The notes under the pieces are model-generated. The model was not told where the DNA came from and ran no database searches. It saw only the letters and a list, made by a program, of their open reading frames with translations. From NCBI GenBank assembly GCA_050952625.1, contig JBMNLH010000004.1, positions 1 through 64,000 on the forward strand: DNA of 64,000 bases, given 5' to 3'. Shown here one piece after another: positions 62,549 through 64,000 of this stretch (positions within the stretch are counted from its first letter, which is position 1; every line of letters begins with the position of its first letter). The translations under genes were made by a program, and so were the position numbers. This stretch comes from Bacillota bacterium (GTDB lineage: Bacteria; Bacillota; Ch66; Ch109).

Positions 62549-63793
62549 TTAGTACAGGGGATGCCGGGCGCAAAGTTCGGCCACCATGCCTTTAACCTTT
62601 TGCTGCATCGCCTCGTCTTCTGGGGCACTCAGGGCTAAGTGAATGGCTTCGGCGACGACCGCCATATCTTCTTCCGTAAAGCCCCGGCTGGTTAGGGCGG
62701 GAGTGCCCAGCCGAATACCGCTGGTGACAAACGGACTCTGGGGATCGAAGGGGATAGTGTTTTTGTTCACCGTGATCCCAACTTCGTCCAGGATTTTTTC
62801 GGCGTCTTTGCCGGTCAGGTTTCGTGACCGTAAATCTACCAGCATCAGGTGATTATCAGTTCCACCTGAAACCAAGCGGAACCCTTTTTCTGTCAAGCCG
62901 CGGGCCAAAGCCTGGGCATTATTAATAATCTGCTGTTGATAGCGACGAAAATCTTCGGTCATCGCCTCTTTGAAACACACTGCCTTGGCGGCAATGATGT
63001 GCATCAGCGGGCCGCCCTGGATACCAGGGAAAATAGCCTTATCAATTGCCGCTGCATATTCTGATTTGCAGAGAATCAGACCTCCCCGGGGACCGCGCAA
63101 AGTCTTGTGCGTCGTGGTAGTAACAATTTCCGCGTGCGGCACTGGGCTGGGGTGCAGGCCGGCAGCGACCAGGCCGGCGATATGCGCAATATCCACCATC
63201 AGCATGGCCCCAACCTCTTGGGCAATCGCCGCAAAACGAGGGAAGTCAAGCACTCGCGGGTAAGCACTGGCCCCAGCGACGATCATCTTCGGCCGGTGCT
63301 GCCGGGCTAGATCAGCTAGTTGGTCATAGTTTATGGTTTCGGTCTTTTCATCGACTCCATAGGGTACTACATTATAGTACATGCCGGATATATTGACTGG
63401 GCTGCCATGACTAAGATGGCCGCCGTGAGACAGGTTCATCCCTAATATGGTATCCCCCGGTTTTAAAAAGGCAAAATAAACGGCGGTGTTGGCTTGGGCA
63501 CCAGAATGGGGTTGAACATTAGCGTGCTCGGCCCCAAATATTTTTTTGGCTCTTTCTCGGGCCAAGTTTTCAGCGACATCAACGCATTCGCAGCCACCAT
63601 AGTACCGTTTGCCCGGGTACCCCTCGGCATACTTATTAGTCATTACGCAACCAGCAGCGGCCATCACGGCCCGGCTGACAAAGTTCTCGGAAGCGATCAG
63701 TTCCAATTTATTGCCCTGACGCTTTTCCTCGCTTTCAATCGCCTCGGCAACTTCCGGGTCTACTGGCAGGACATACTGCCGAATATAATCCAC
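62549..63793 (-). CDS. glyA: Serine hydroxymethyltransferase
   Basis: [46 protein letters not shown]. Start at GTG 63793 after AAGGGGG. Confidence 0.99.
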   Translation of the reverse strand: MDYIRQYVLPVDPEVAEAIESEEKRQGNKLELIASENFVSRAVMAAAGCVMTNKYAEGYPGKRYYGGCECVDVAENLARERAKKIFGAEHANVQPHSGAQANTAVYFAFLKPGDTILGMNLSHGGHLSHGSPVNISGMYYNVVPYGVDEKTETINYDQLADLARQHRPKMIVAGASAYPRVLDFPRFAAIAQEVGAMLMVDIAHIAGLVAAGLHPSPVPHAEIVTTTTHKTLRGPRGGLILCKSEYAAAIDKAIFPGIQGGPLMHIIAAKAVCFKEAMTEDFRRYQQQIINNAQALARGLTEKGFRLVSGGTDNHLMLVDLRSRNLTGKDAEKILDEVGITVNKNTIPFDPQSPFVTSGIRLGTPALTSRGFTEEDMAVVAEAIHLALSAPEDEAMQQKVKGMVAELCARHPLY

Positions 63794-63850
63794 TAATATT
63801 CCCCCTTGTTTTAGAATAAAGCCACTCAATCATTTTGAGCCAGGCTTGAT

Positions 63851-63961
63851 CTGACTCAAAAGACTCTCATTTATATAAATGGAGGTTACCTTCTTTATTT
63901 CTTCAGGTGGAGTAGAGTTTCCATCTGAAGCCTCAATATTCAGTGCAACTGAACGAGTTAC
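63851..63961 (+). mobile_element. Copy of the ~108-bp IS200/IS605-like element upstream of glyA
   Basis: Aligns with 38034-38143; preceded by TTGAT. Confidence 0.65.
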
Positions 63962-64000
63962 TTTGTGGAGGTAAGCAATTATTAATTTTTCGTTATTATC

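Overview
Chromosomal segment of a spore-forming, S-layer-bearing Firmicute. A Peptococcaceae/Desulfotomaculum-like clostridium is inferred from gene content and order. Nearly all genes are on the minus strand. The right part (46.5-64 kb) is the conserved block glyA, dCMP deaminase, MazG-like gene, atpZBEFHAGDC, ywmB, spoIID, spoIIID, mbl and flgF-like, with a C5 DNA methyltransferase and a headless partner-gene remnant inserted after glyA. The left part (0-45.5 kb) is a large cell-surface locus. It encodes secondary cell wall polymer/EPS synthesis (csaB, tagA, tagO, two MurJ, two LCP, three glycosyltransferases, a Wzy/O-antigen-ligase-like protein, Wzz and a CpsD kinase, VanZ, DUF4330-like), two SLH proteins, an SLH-anchored S8 protease, a probable major S-layer protein, a TolC-family gene, an ECF sigma/zinc anti-sigma pair and a B12-radical SAM enzyme. 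Main observations: (1) two back-to-back ECF promoters with the same GGAACTT-N16-GTCTAA motif, one facing the sigma operon and one facing the S-layer gene; (2) GPS/GAIN-like H-L/F-T autoproteolysis motifs in the SLH proteins; (3) 55-165 aa in-frame low-complexity insertions in several glycosyltransferase-fold enzymes; (4) a dispersed ~108-bp IS200/IS605-like mini-element plus two REP-like families; (5) several decayed toxin-antitoxin modules; (6) an Rpn gene with an internal ribosome-binding site. Clusters of single-base insertions in tagO, csaB, tagA and one SLH gene look like assembly errors. All calls come from reading motifs by eye; no searches were run.
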